DNA of 63,330 nucleotides, filler included. It is 5 parts of 5 records of this genome, joined end to end, with 100 filler letters (N's around TTAATTAATTAA, not from the genome) between each part and the next. Parts side by side here need not be neighbours in the genome. Positions count along the whole stretch, not along the records: positions 1 to 8,941 come from DRR723986_3865; positions 9,042 to 25,325 come from DRR723986_3985; 3 more parts are not named here. One strand, 5' to 3'. Positions 1-9,749 of this stretch are shown here, piece after piece. Positions within the stretch are counted from its first letter, which is position 1, and the number at the start of each line of letters is the position of its first letter. A program made the translations under genes and the position numbers. The notes beneath the pieces are model-generated. The model worked only from the letters and a program-made list of their open reading frames with translations, was not told the DNA's origin and made no database searches.

Positions 1-96
1 CATCAGCAGCTTGTAGAAATCCGTGTCGATGAGCGACCGGACGATCGGGTCGATCTTCCACTTGTGATTATAGACGCGGGTGGCGATGTCGACCAT
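1..96 (-). CDS. pncB: Nicotinate phosphoribosyltransferase, N-terminal fragment (runs off window start)
   Basis: Manual translation [32 protein letters not shown] contains the NAPRTase SLxDTDxYKL motif; AGGAG RBS upstream; pncA nearby. Confidence 0.92.
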   Translation of the reverse strand, partial: MVDIATRVYNHKWKIDPIVRSLIDTDFYKLLM

Positions 97-161
97 TGGG
101 ATACTCCTGTACGCATCGTCTGTTAGAGCAAAGCGGGCAGGGGGAGGGCAAGCTTATCCGC

Positions 162-195
162 AAAGAAAACGCCCCGTCGGGTGGGACGGGGCGTT
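162..195 (-). terminator. Rho-independent terminator
   Basis: 11-bp stem AACGCCCCGTC/GACGGGGCGTT followed by a T-rich tract on the minus strand, just after the 214-573 gene. Confidence 0.8.
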
Positions 196-213
196 GGAGG
201 AACTGGTAGAGGT

Positions 214-573
214 TCAGCCCTGAGCGCCGCTAGTGGCATGAGAATCGCTTTGACGACCTTCGCCTTCGCGACCATCGGGATTCAGGATCATCACGGCGCG
301 GCCTGCCACGATCAGGCGGTGCAGCGTCTCGTTGGGCATGGAGGGGCCTGTGCGGTCATAGCCGGGCATGCTGGCCTGGTTGCCGAACTCTTCGTCGCAG
401 TCATTGAGGCCGCTGGCGTTCGAGCAGTCATGCTCTGGGAATGTTTCATTGCACCAGCTGATAACCGCCTCATAGCAGCCCTCCAGCGTGGTGATGGGGT
501 CAGCGGCTGCTGGTGCGGTGGTAGATGCCGTGAGGCTGATCACAGTGGCGGCGATTGTGAAATAACGGGTCAT
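214..573 (-). CDS. Small secreted hypothetical protein with four Cys
   Basis: ATG at 573 with AGGA RBS; signal peptide MTRYFTIAATVISLTASTTAPAAA; own terminator downstream. Confidence 0.7.
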   Translation of the reverse strand: MTRYFTIAATVISLTASTTAPAAADPITTLEGCYEAVISWCNETFPEHDCSNASGLNDCDEEFGNQASMPGYDRTGPSMPNETLHRLIVAGRAVMILNPDGREGEGRQSDSHATSGAQG

Positions 574-730
574 ATAACGTCCTATTCTCAAAAAAACACA
601 CACACCCAATGTCGGCGTGTGGGCATATGTCGAACAGAGCGGGATGACGGTTCACAGAATTGTGGGATGTCCGACCCAGATCGGCGGAAATCCCTCGCCT
701 GTGTTTCGGAAAGCCGCTAGGCAGGCCGAT

Positions 731-1849
731 ATGAGCGACATGTTTGACATCTTCCTTGTGGCCCCGCCGGGGCTGGAACCTGTTCTGGCCGAAGAGGCGC
801 GGGACAAGGGCTTTGCCGATCCCTGCGCGGTGCCCGGTGGCGTTGAGATCAGGGGCGGCTGGCCTGAGGTCTGGCGCGCCAATCTTGTGCTGCGGGGACC
901 GGCGCGGGTGCTGGTCCGGGTGGCGGAGTTTCGGGCAATGCATCTGGCGCAGCTGGACAAGCGGGCGCGCAAAGTGAACTGGGCCGGGGTGTTGCGCAAG
1001 GACCAGCCGGTGAAGGTGGACGCGAACTGCCGCAAGTCGAAGATCTATCACGCCGGGGCCGCGACACAGCGGGTCTGCACGGCGATCCGGGAAACGCTTG
1101 GGGCCGAGATCAGCGATACGGCCGAGGTCGTGGTGAAGGTGCGCATTGACGATGACCTGTGCACCATCAGCCTCGATGCCACCGGCGAGGCGCTGCACAA
1201 GCGTGGCCACAAGCCCGCTGTGGGCAAGGCGCCGATGCGGGAAAATCTGGCGGCGCTCTTCTTGCGGCAATGCGGGTTTGACGGGACGGAACCGGTGGTC
1301 GATCCGATGTGCGGGTCGGGTACGTTTCCGATTGAGGCCGCAGAGATCGCGGCAGGGCTTTATCCGGGCCGCTCACGCGGCTTTGCGTTTGAGCAATTGG
1401 CGGGGTTCGACCCCGGCGCGTGGCAGGCGATGAAAGACAGCGCGCAGGTCACGATGCCAGAGGCCCGGTTCTACGGCTATGACCGAGACGCGGGCGCGGT
1501 GAAGAACGCGGCCGAGAACGCGGACCGGGCAGGCGTCGGCGCGGCCTGTATCTTCGCCCGGCAGGCGGTCAGCGATCTGGAACCGCCCGAGGGGCCGCCG
1601 GGCCTCGTCATCGTCAACCCGCCCTATGGCGAGCGGATCGGCAACCGCAAGCTCCTGTTCTCGGTCTACGGCGCGCTTGGCAAAACGTTGCTGGAGCGGT
1701 TCAGCGGCTGGCGCGTTGGGTTGGTGACCAGCGACGGGGGTCTGGCCAAGGCGACCGGGCTGCCCTGGCTGCCGACAGAGCCGCCGGTCGCGCATGGCGG
1801 GCTGAAGGTGACGCTGTGGCGGACGGTGGCTCTGCCGCTGGGGCGGTGA
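731..1849 (+). CDS. THUMP-domain class I SAM-dependent RNA methyltransferase (RlmL-like)
   Basis: LHKRG, APMRENLAA, DPMCGSGT and NPPYG motifs; start set at ATG 731. Confidence 0.9.
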   Translation: MSDMFDIFLVAPPGLEPVLAEEARDKGFADPCAVPGGVEIRGGWPEVWRANLVLRGPARVLVRVAEFRAMHLAQLDKRARKVNWAGVLRKDQPVKVDANCRKSKIYHAGAATQRVCTAIRETLGAEISDTAEVVVKVRIDDDLCTISLDATGEALHKRGHKPAVGKAPMRENLAALFLRQCGFDGTEPVVDPMCGSGTFPIEAAEIAAGLYPGRSRGFAFEQLAGFDPGAWQAMKDSAQVTMPEARFYGYDRDAGAVKNAAENADRAGVGAACIFARQAVSDLEPPEGPPGLVIVNPPYGERIGNRKLLFSVYGALGKTLLERFSGWRVGLVTSDGGLAKATGLPWLPTEPPVAHGGLKVTLWRTVALPLGR

Positions 1850-1866
1850 TGCCACTCCAATGCAGA

Positions 1867-1938
1867 GCCGTCCTCGCGCAGGCGGGGATCTCGGTAGTTT
1901 CATAGCTTGCACAAGATACCCGCTTACGCGGGCATGAC
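1867..1938. repeat. Degenerate REP/RIME-like palindromic element
   Basis: 25-nt arms GCCGTCCTCGCGCAGGCGGGGATCT and AGATACCCGCTTACGCGGGCATGAC are imperfect inverted repeats (18/25). Confidence 0.65.
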
Positions 1939-2071
1939 AGTCGTCAGATAGTGGTGATACTGATAATCAGCTTCCGGGGTACAGTGACCGCTCTTTCACC
2001 ATCCAAGAAACCGGTTTGGGCCGAACTTTGTGTTTCAGATCGAGCGCGTAGGTGGCCCACTGTAAAAACGG

Positions 2072-2542
2072 CTAGCGGTACCCATTGGTCTTCAACCAGG
2101 TTCTAATACTCTTGCCGACAGTGCGGGCCTCTGAGTTATGATAATTGGCCGAGGCTATTCCAATAGTTTTCCCATTCGAAAGCTCGAAGGACAATCCATA
2201 CCCATTGCTTTCTGCGTCACGTGCATTTGTCACGTCATCGATCTCTCCGAGGGGGTAGGTTTCGACCAAAGTCTTGTGTGGGAGATGTCGCGTAACTGTT
2301 GCCAACTCAGTCGTGCGGTCGAGTTTCAGTTGCACAGGCCCACCAAACCATAGGCCAGCACCTCCAAAAGCAACAAAGATAAGGCAAAACAAACCCATGA
2401 GTATCCCTCCAGCGCCATCGGCTGAAGCGAAGAGTACGACCGAGATAATTCCCGGAAGTGCGATAAACAGCGATAGGAATACAGTTCCCGTTCGTGGGCA
2501 CTCGACAACTAAACGCTCATCTGTTTTCGTGACAATTCTCAT
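2072..2542 (-). CDS. Hypothetical membrane protein (2 TM plus soluble beta-rich domain) in a lower-GC patch
   Basis: 156-aa ORF with two hydrophobic segments; composition differs from flanks. Confidence 0.7.
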   Translation of the reverse strand: MRIVTKTDERLVVECPRTGTVFLSLFIALPGIISVVLFASADGAGGILMGLFCLIFVAFGGAGLWFGGPVQLKLDRTTELATVTRHLPHKTLVETYPLGEIDDVTNARDAESNGYGLSFELSNGKTIGIASANYHNSEARTVGKSIRTWLKTNGYR

Positions 2543-2647
2543 TCGGCTGAAGATGCTAAATAAGTACTCTGGTCAAAGAATACGATTTGAATCCGTTTGA
2601 TCAACATGCTGTCCGCACACAAAGGCCCTCTGGCTTCGACAGTCCCG

Positions 2648-3241
2648 CTATCCAAACTTCACCCCCGCGCCCGCCATCCCTTCAACTGCCGCTGCAAGCG
2701 AGCCATCGAAATCAATCGCGCGGCAGAGGTCGCGCCGGATAGTCACGGTGAACCCCAGCCGGGAGGCGTCGACGGCGGAGTAGTTCACGCAGAAATCGGT
2801 GGCGAGGCCGACCATGGTCAGGCTGTCGATACCGCGTGTGCGCAGGTAGCCTTCCAGCCCCGTGGGGGTGGTCTTGTCGTTCTCGAAAAACGCGGAATAG
2901 CTGTCGATCGCGGGGTTGTAGCCCTTGCGGATAATGAGGTCGGCGCGGTCGCTCATCAGGTCTTTGTGGAAAGCCGCGCCTTCTGTCCCCTGCACGCAAT
3001 GATCGGGCCACAGAACCTGCGGGCCGTAGGGCATCTCGGTCAGGGTCATCGGTTCGGCCCCATGGGACGAGGCGAAAGAGGAATGGCCCGCCGGGTGCCA
3101 GTCCTGCGTCAGGATCACCGCTTCGAAATCGCCCATCAGGGCGTTGATGCCGGGGATAATCGCGTCGCCATCTGGCACCGCCAGCGCCCCGCCGGGGCAG
3201 AAATCATTCTGGACGTCGATGACGATAAGGGCATGGGTCAT
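2648..3241 (-). CDS. pncA: Nicotinamidase/pyrazinamidase
   Basis: IDVQNDF, QDWHP, WPDHC, DSYSAF and GLATDFCV motifs; AGGAG RBS before ATG 3241. Confidence 0.96.
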   Translation of the reverse strand: MTHALIVIDVQNDFCPGGALAVPDGDAIIPGINALMGDFEAVILTQDWHPAGHSSFASSHGAEPMTLTEMPYGPQVLWPDHCVQGTEGAAFHKDLMSDRADLIIRKGYNPAIDSYSAFFENDKTTPTGLEGYLRTRGIDSLTMVGLATDFCVNYSAVDASRLGFTVTIRRDLCRAIDFDGSLAAAVEGMAGAGVKFG

Positions 3242-3352
3242 GGGGGTCTCCTTTGGCTCGGATACAGGGGTAGGGCGGGGGGTGGTCCCGGTCAATGCGG
3301 TTGACCTGATTTCAACCTGGGTGTTCGGTGTGGGCCAAGGAAAGGTGCCGCC

Positions 3353-4645
3353 ATGATCGCCAACGAACGCCCCGTCATCGCCAACAGCCTGTGGAGCGCC
3401 ACAGCCAACACCGCGCCCGATTGCCCGCCCTTGGTGGGTGAGGTCGAGGCCGATCTGGCCATCGTGGGGGGCGGATTTACCGGCTTGTCCGCCGCGCTGC
3501 ATGCGGCTGAGGCAGGGTTGCGGGCCGTGGTGCTGGAGGCGGAGAGCCCCGGCTGGGGTGCGTCCGGGCGCAATGGCGGGCAGGTCGATCCGGGGCTCTA
3601 CGTCGATCCCGACGAGGTGGAGGCCCGGTTCGGCGCGGAGATGGGCGCGCGGATGGTGGATTTCATGGGCGGGTCCGGGCAACTGGTTTTCGACCTGATC
3701 GAACGGCACGGCATCCAATGCGACGCGCGGCCCGTGGGCTGGATCAGGGCGGCGCATAATGCAACGGCGCTAAAGGACATTCAGGGCAAGGTCGCGCAAT
3801 GGCAGCGACGCGGGGCGGATCTGCGGTTTCTGGCCCGCGATGAACTGGCCGGGATGATGGGCACCGATGTCTATGTTGGCGGGTTGATCGACATGCGCGG
3901 CGGCAATCTGCATCCGCTGAACTACGCGCTCGGGCTGGCCGATGCCGCGTTGCGGGCCGGGGCAGCCGTTCATGGCGGGTCGCGTGTGATCAGCGCCGGG
4001 CGGGAGGGTGACATTCATGTGCTGCGCACATCGCGTGGCGCTGTCCGGGCCGGGAAAGTCCTGCTCTGCACCAATGGCTACACCGACGGGCTGGCCCCGC
4101 CCCTGGCGCAGGAGGTTGTGCCGGTCAGGTCGGTGCAGGTGGCAACCGACCCGTTGCCGCCGGAGGTCGCGGCCAGCATCCTGCCGGGACGGCAAGCGCC
4201 ATCGGATCTGCGGCGCTTGCTTCTGTATTTCCGCATGGATGCTGTCGGGCGCTTCATCATGGGCGGGCGCGGGGCCTATGGCGACCGGGCGACGGCGCTG
4301 CGGATGCAGGCGCTGCGTAAGGTCAGCGTAAAGATGTATCCGCAGCTTGCGCCCTATGCCTGGCGTCACGCCTGGGGTGGGTTCATCGCAGTGACCCCCG
4401 ATCATTACCCGCGTCTGGTGCGGATGGGGCCGGGGATGCTGGCGGGGCTTGGCTATAACGGGCGCGGTGTGGCGCAGGCCACCGCCATGGGCAAGTTGAT
4501 GGCAGAGTGGGCGGCGGGACAGTCGGAAGAGACACTGGATTTCCCGGTGACCGATCCGCAGCCCATTCCGTTTCACGGGCTGCGCCGGTTGGGCGTCGCG
4601 GCGACGGTGGCGAAATACCGGGCGATGGACGCATTGGGGCTATAG
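3353..4645 (+). CDS. FAD-dependent oxidoreductase, DadA/PuuB family
   Basis: GGGFTG, GASGRNGG, LHPLNY and GYNGRG motifs. Confidence 0.9.
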   Translation: MIANERPVIANSLWSATANTAPDCPPLVGEVEADLAIVGGGFTGLSAALHAAEAGLRAVVLEAESPGWGASGRNGGQVDPGLYVDPDEVEARFGAEMGARMVDFMGGSGQLVFDLIERHGIQCDARPVGWIRAAHNATALKDIQGKVAQWQRRGADLRFLARDELAGMMGTDVYVGGLIDMRGGNLHPLNYALGLADAALRAGAAVHGGSRVISAGREGDIHVLRTSRGAVRAGKVLLCTNGYTDGLAPPLAQEVVPVRSVQVATDPLPPEVAASILPGRQAPSDLRRLLLYFRMDAVGRFIMGGRGAYGDRATALRMQALRKVSVKMYPQLAPYAWRHAWGGFIAVTPDHYPRLVRMGPGMLAGLGYNGRGVAQATAMGKLMAEWAAGQSEETLDFPVTDPQPIPFHGLRRLGVAATVAKYRAMDALGL

Positions 4646-4719
4646 CCGATCAGGGTAAATCCCTTGCTATATGGCGGCAAACCCTCAATCCTTTCCGTTG
4701 AAGGAGATTTTCGCCCCCA

Positions 4720-5919
4720 ATGCGTTACAAATTTGCCGATTGCGTGCTGGATACCGACAGCTTCAAGCTTTCCCGCGCGGGAAAGCCTCAGCCGGTGGAG
4801 CCGCAGGTGTTCGATCTGTTGCGCGTCCTGATCGAAAACGCGGGAAAGCTGGTGTCGCGCGATCAACTGATTGAGCAGGTCTGGGGCGGGCGCATCGTGT
4901 CCGAAGCGACGATAAGCGCCCGGATCAATGCCGCGCGCAGTGCAGTTGGTGATAGCGGCAAGGCGCAGGCGGTGATCCGTACCGTGCCGCGCCGGGGGAT
5001 TGAGCTGGTAGTGCCGGTTCAAATCCAGGACGAGGCGCTGGCTGATGGAGCAGAGACCATGCCCGCTTCGCCCGCCGGCCAGACGATCCGCTACACAACC
5101 TCTGCCGATGGTACGCAGTTGGCTTTTGGTGTCTCGGGGAAAGCAGACGGCGTGCCGGTGCTGCGCGCCTCGCATCACGTTACCCATCTGGAAATGGACT
5201 GGGCCAGCCCGTTCTGGCAGCCATTTTTCGGCGCACTCGGGGTGCAACACCGGTTGATCCGCTATGACCTGCGCGGCACTGGCCTGTCGGACGGTGCGGG
5301 GGCGGATCATGACATGGCCCGCCATGTTGAAGATCTGGTGGCGGTTGCCGATGCGGCGGGGCTGGAGCGGTTCGCAATCCTTGCCAATCTGAACAGCGCA
5401 GCCGTAGCCATCCGCTTCGCGGCTGAGAACCCCGACCGGGTCAGTCGCCTTGTGATTCAGCAAGGATATGCCCGCGGACGGGCCTTGCGGGGCACCAGCG
5501 GACCGGCCGAGGGCGACCCGTTCGTCAACCTGCTGCGCGGCGATGGCTGGGGCGATCCGCAGAACGGCTATATGCGGGCGTGGATGTCGATGACGGCCCC
5601 GACGCTCACCTATGACGAGGCCACCGCGATGATCGGGTTGATCGCTGCGGCGTCCTCGATCAGCGACGTGTTGGCCAGCCGCCAGACAATCGACCGCTTT
5701 GACGCGCGGCCCTATCTGGCGCGTGTTCAGGCACCGACGCTGGTGATCCATGCCCGCAATGATATTGTCCACCCGCTGGCCGAAGGTCGGATGATTGCCG
5801 CAGGCATTCCCGACGCAGAGTTTCGCGTAGTCGCAAGCGCCAATACGTTATGCGTGCCGTCCGATCCCACCTGGGAGGAGCAGATGGAAGCGATCCTGGA
5901 ATTTCTCTCACGACCATGA
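4720..5919 (+). CDS. Winged-helix (OmpR/CadC-type) regulator fused to an alpha/beta-hydrolase-fold domain
   Basis: EPQVFDLL...VSRDQLIEQVW...IRTVPRRG N-terminal domain; YDLRGTGLS and PTLVIHARND in the C-terminal domain. Confidence 0.9.
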   Translation: MRYKFADCVLDTDSFKLSRAGKPQPVEPQVFDLLRVLIENAGKLVSRDQLIEQVWGGRIVSEATISARINAARSAVGDSGKAQAVIRTVPRRGIELVVPVQIQDEALADGAETMPASPAGQTIRYTTSADGTQLAFGVSGKADGVPVLRASHHVTHLEMDWASPFWQPFFGALGVQHRLIRYDLRGTGLSDGAGADHDMARHVEDLVAVADAAGLERFAILANLNSAAVAIRFAAENPDRVSRLVIQQGYARGRALRGTSGPAEGDPFVNLLRGDGWGDPQNGYMRAWMSMTAPTLTYDEATAMIGLIAAASSISDVLASRQTIDRFDARPYLARVQAPTLVIHARNDIVHPLAEGRMIAAGIPDAEFRVVASANTLCVPSDPTWEEQMEAILEFLSRP

Positions 5920-5991
5920 GATCAGCCGTGGCCCTTTGCTACAACGCGCACCATCTTGAAGCCGCCTGCGTGGCGGGTGTATGGATCGGGC

Positions 5992-6903
5992 ATGTTTACT
6001 GTTGCCGCTCTCTATCATTTCACCCGGTTCGATGACCCCGACGCCCTGCGCGCGCCGCTGCGCGATCTGTGCGAGGCCGAGGATGTGCGGGGGTCGCTGC
6101 TGATTGCCCATGAAGGGATCAACGGCACCATCGCGGGGCCGCGCGCGGGCATTGACGCGGTTCTGGCGCATATTCGGGCGCTGCCCGGTTGCACTGATCT
6201 GGAGTGGAAAGAAAGCACCGCCACCGACGCGCCCTTTGCCCGGATGAAGGTGCGGCTGAAAAAAGAGATCGTGACCATGGGTGTTCCCGGTGTGGACCCC
6301 AAGGCGAAGGTTGGCCATTACGTGCGCCCCGCCGATTGGAACGCGCTGATATCTGCGCCGGATGTGGCGGTGATCGACACCCGCAACGACTATGAGATCG
6401 CCATCGGCACGTTCGAGGGCGCGGTTGACCCGGAAACCACCACGTTCCGGGAATTTCCCGCGTGGTGGGCCGAGAACAAGGACCGCTTTCACAACAAGCG
6501 GATCGCGATGTTCTGCACCGGTGGCATCCGCTGCGAGAAATCCACCAACTTTCTGATCAGTGAAGGTGTGGAGGATGTCTATCACCTCAAGGGCGGTATC
6601 CTTCAGTATCTGGAGGATGTGCCGGAGGAAGACAGCCTGTGGCACGGTGAATGTTTCGTGTTCGATGAACGGGTTTCGGTGGGGCACGGACTGACCGAGG
6701 GACCGCATCTGCTGTGCCGGGCCTGCCGCCGTCCGTTGTTGCCGGACGATACCAAGCGACCAGAATATGAGGCGGGCGTGTCCTGCCATCAGTGCCTATC
6801 GGAACATTCGGATGCCGACCGTGCCCGTTTCCGCGAGCGGCAGAAGCAGATCGAATTGTCAAAGACGCGCGGGGAACGCCACCTTGCCGGCGGCGCGGCG
6901 TGA
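5992..6903 (+). CDS. trhO: Rhodanese-related oxygen-dependent tRNA uridine(34) hydroxylase (YceA/UPF0176)
   Basis: [33 protein letters not shown] and CFVFDER motifs. Confidence 0.93.
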   Translation: MFTVAALYHFTRFDDPDALRAPLRDLCEAEDVRGSLLIAHEGINGTIAGPRAGIDAVLAHIRALPGCTDLEWKESTATDAPFARMKVRLKKEIVTMGVPGVDPKAKVGHYVRPADWNALISAPDVAVIDTRNDYEIAIGTFEGAVDPETTTFREFPAWWAENKDRFHNKRIAMFCTGGIRCEKSTNFLISEGVEDVYHLKGGILQYLEDVPEEDSLWHGECFVFDERVSVGHGLTEGPHLLCRACRRPLLPDDTKRPEYEAGVSCHQCLSEHSDADRARFRERQKQIELSKTRGERHLAGGAA

Positions 6904-7964
6904 GAGCGGCTGCCGACCTGTTTCAACAAAAATCCGCAAGGACGGTGCTTGCCCTTCTGATCGGGATCGGCTCGGGCGTTTTCGCTTACCTGATCGGGAT
7001 GCCGCTGCCCTGGATGCTGGGGCCGATGATCGGCAACACCGTTGCGGCCATCCTTCATGCGCCCACGGCCCCGCCCGCACGGCTGAGGCCGATCGTGATC
7101 CCGGTGATCGGGGTGATGTTGGGGTCGGGGATAACGCCGGATATCGTCAATGCGCTTGGTGATTGGGCGATCAGCTTCCTTGTGTTGCCGCCCTTCCTGA
7201 TCGTGGCAGCGGGGGCGTCGTTCCTGTTTTACCGCAAGATCGGTCACTACGATCCTGTCACCGCCTTTTACAGTGCCATGCCTGGCGGGCTGAACGAAAT
7301 GCTGGTTCTGGGGGCGGAGCAAGGCGGCGATGAAAAACGCATCGCCCTGGCCCATGCCAGCCGGATCTTGCTGGTCATCGGGTTCGTTGCATTGTTTTTC
7401 GGGCTTGTTCTTGGCGTGACCACAGGCGGTCAGGGCGGTGTGGCCTGGACCGGAATGCACGAAGTGGGGCTACAGGACTATGCCGTTCTGGCGGTCTGCG
7501 CGGTGGCTGGAGTCTATCTGGGCCGCCTGTTGCGCCTGCCGGCGGCGGCGGTTCTGGGGCCGATGCTGTTGTCAGGCATCGCACATTTCTTTCATGTCGT
7601 CGACGTGCCGCCACCCACCGTGCTGGTCATCGCGGCGCAGATCGTGATGGGCACGGTCATTGGCTGTCGCTTCATCGGGGCCAGCGCGCAAGAGGTTGGA
7701 AAAGACCTGTTCCTTGGTATTTTCTCGACCGTGGGCATGTTGATCACCGGGGTGGGCTTTGCCGCTGTCGTCGCGGGCCTGACGGACACCGATCTGAGCC
7801 AGGCCTTTCTGGCCTATTCCCCCGGCGGCCTGACCGAGATGAGCCTGCTTGCCTTCGCTATGGGCGGGGATATCGCCTATGTCTCGATCACCCATATCGT
7901 GCGGATTGTTCTGGTGATTTTCTCGGCCCCGCTGGTATTCCGCTGGATTGGGCGCGGCGACTGA
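6900..7964 (+). CDS. AbrB-family membrane protein (AidB regulator-like, duplicated domain)
   Basis: [16 protein letters not shown] and PGGLTEM internal repeat; GTG start overlaps the trhO stop. Confidence 0.88.
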   Translation: MRAAADLFQQKSARTVLALLIGIGSGVFAYLIGMPLPWMLGPMIGNTVAAILHAPTAPPARLRPIVIPVIGVMLGSGITPDIVNALGDWAISFLVLPPFLIVAAGASFLFYRKIGHYDPVTAFYSAMPGGLNEMLVLGAEQGGDEKRIALAHASRILLVIGFVALFFGLVLGVTTGGQGGVAWTGMHEVGLQDYAVLAVCAVAGVYLGRLLRLPAAAVLGPMLLSGIAHFFHVVDVPPPTVLVIAAQIVMGTVIGCRFIGASAQEVGKDLFLGIFSTVGMLITGVGFAAVVAGLTDTDLSQAFLAYSPGGLTEMSLLAFAMGGDIAYVSITHIVRIVLVIFSAPLVFRWIGRGD

Positions 7965-7990
7965 AACCGCTGTCATCCGTTGAATTTTCC

Positions 7991-8018
7991 AAAAGCGACA
8001 CGTTCGACGTCGCTTTTT
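7991..8018 (+). terminator. Rho-independent terminator
   Basis: AAAAGCGAC...GTCGCTTTTT hairpin after the AbrB-family gene. Confidence 0.65.
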
Positions 8019-8023
8019 CCCTT

Positions 8024-8054
8024 ATTTTCACGACGAATGAAAATTCCTTTGACA
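8024..8054 (+). promoter_or_regulatory. Palindromic operator ATTTTCA-N7-TGAAAAT next to a TTGACA -35 hexamer
   Basis: Perfect 7-bp arms at 8024-8044; TTGACA at 8049-8054; upstream of the XRE regulator. Confidence 0.55.
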
Positions 8055-8111
8055 ATTTCATGGGCGCATTGTGAAGGTTTCTAGCAGAATTTCACGGACA
8101 CCAACGGACCG

Positions 8112-8666
8112 ATGCAACACCCTTCCCTCGGAGCTGACCTCAGATCCCTGCGCAAGCTGCGCGGGATGACACTGGAGGACATGGCCGTGCGGTTGGGCAA
8201 GTCGGTTGGCTGGATCAGCCAGGTAGAGCGCGACATCTCTACCCCCCGCGTCAGCGATCTGCGCGACATTGCCAAGATCTACGACGTGCCGCTGTCGCTG
8301 TTCTTTGGCAAGGCCACGGGGCCGGAAAACGAAATGGGCCGCGTGGTGCGCGCTGCCAATCGCCGGAACGTGGGCGAACAGGATGGCGGGTTGATCGAAG
8401 CGTTGCTGTCGCCAGATCTGACCGATTCCTTCGAAGTGGTGCATTCCACCTTTCAGCCGGGATCCGCCCGGATGGAACGGACGACGCGCCCCACCCAGGA
8501 ACTGGCATTTGTCATGTCGGGCAAGCTGGACATCTGGCTCGATGACGACGCCTTCACCATCCGCGCCGGCGACAGTTTCCGCGTGCGCGACCAGTCTTAC
8601 CGTTGGGCCAATCCCTATGATGTGCCCGCCGTTGCAATCTGGGTGATCTCACCCCCCGTCTACTAG
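8112..8666 (+). CDS. XRE-family HTH regulator with cupin domain
   Basis: LRSLRK...SVGWISQVERDISTP HTH; cupin C-terminus ending WVISPPVY. Confidence 0.92.
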   Translation: MQHPSLGADLRSLRKLRGMTLEDMAVRLGKSVGWISQVERDISTPRVSDLRDIAKIYDVPLSLFFGKATGPENEMGRVVRAANRRNVGEQDGGLIEALLSPDLTDSFEVVHSTFQPGSARMERTTRPTQELAFVMSGKLDIWLDDDAFTIRAGDSFRVRDQSYRWANPYDVPAVAIWVISPPVY

Positions 8667-8677
8667 AAGGATCCGCC

Positions 8678-8941
8678 ATGGCCGATTTTCCCACATCCGC
8701 AAAGGTCGTCATCATCGGGGGCGGCGCTGTTGGGGCGTCCAGCCTCTATCATCTGGCCAAGAAGGGCTGGACCGATTGCGTGCTGCTGGAAAAGAACGAG
8801 CTGACGGCGGGTTCTACCTGGCACGCGGCGGGCAATGTGCCGACCTTCTCGACCTCCTGGGCGATCATGAACATGCAGCGCTACTCGACCGAGCTTTATG
8901 CGCGCCTGGGTGAAGAGGTCGATTACCCGATGAACTATCAC
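8678..8941 (+). CDS. GcvT-family FAD oxidoreductase (dimethylglycine/sarcosine dehydrogenase-like), truncated
   Basis: IIGGGAVG and ELTAGSTWHAAG motifs; cut by contig end. Confidence 0.88.
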
Positions 8942-9041
8942 NNNNNNNNNNNNNNNNNNNNNNNNNNNNNNNNNNNNNNNNNNNNTTAATTAATTAANNN
9001 NNNNNNNNNNNNNNNNNNNNNNNNNNNNNNNNNNNNNNNNN
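8942..9041. other. Artificial contig linker
   Basis: 44 N + TTAATTAATTAA (stops in six frames) + 44 N. Confidence 0.99.
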
Positions 9042-9143
9042 CGGCATCACCTCGATCGAGTAATTCTTGAGAAAAGCTTCAACGGTCGGGTTCACCGGGC
9101 CTTTGTCAGCCGATTCACGTTTCTTGAAATTCAACAAAGCCAT
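9042..9143 (-). CDS. Methylenetetrahydrofolate reductase-like protein, N-terminal fragment
   Basis: MALLNFKK...FLKNYSIEVMP resembles the roseobacter MTHFR start; GGAGG RBS; follows the Virulence_fact gene. Confidence 0.7.
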
Positions 9144-9169
9144 TGCGGCCTCCCATAGTGCATTCAGGC

Positions 9170-9466
9170 TCATGCCCAACCGTCATTGCCGATCAAAACC
9201 TTCAAACGATCTTGGTCGTACTCTGTTTCAAGACGCACGGCTTCGGCCTCTGCAACTTCGGCGGGATCGCCGTCGATGCTGTAAGGGTCCGCTTTGCGCC
9301 ACTCTGCCAGATAGGCATCCGCATCCTTGGCGTTCACCTTCATTGCAGCACGATCAATTGCTTGCTCGAACCGCTCTTCGAGCGGTCGTTTTGATCCGCG
9401 TCGGCCTTTGCCAACGATGACCTGAGCCGGGATGTCGCGCCAGTAAACGATGGTGACGTCGGGCAT
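9170..9466 (-). CDS. Virulence_fact-domain small protein (found in methyl-transfer/folate gene clusters)
   Basis: YWRDIPAQV...RFEQAIDRAAM...YLAEWR signature. Confidence 0.85.
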   Translation of the reverse strand: MPDVTIVYWRDIPAQVIVGKGRRGSKRPLEERFEQAIDRAAMKVNAKDADAYLAEWRKADPYSIDGDPAEVAEAEAVRLETEYDQDRLKVLIGNDGWA

Positions 9467-9676
9467 GGGGATGATTCCTCTTAACCTGGTTGAATCGGTT
9501 CTAAACGCGTATTTATTGCTGGGTCGGTCGAATTTCGACACCTGTAAGCTGTGCAGCGACCTTTCTGTTCTTAGTCCCCTCACACAGCTCTCACGGGGGT
9601 CTACACTAAAACAAACCTTTCGGCTGCCTCGAAATCTTCAGGACAATAATGAAATCGCTACATATTTTTAACGCAC

Positions 9677-9704
9677 AAAGCCCGGAGTCATCGCCCCGGG
9701 CTTT
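9677..9704 (-). terminator. Terminator hairpin downstream of phoX
   Basis: AAAGCCCGG...CCGGGCTTT inverted repeat. Confidence 0.65.
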
Positions 9705-9749
9705 ACTCAATGTTGGTCCGGGCTTGAACCGGACCAGAAGAGCGCTGGC

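Noticed and set aside
3242..3757. Apparent N-terminal extension of PncA (369-aa ORF)
   Set aside because: Overlaps the oxidoreductase antisense; real start with RBS is at 3241
6900..7964. Ammonia monooxygenase call for the AbrB-family protein
   Set aside because: Legacy family label; no AmoA/B/C features or context
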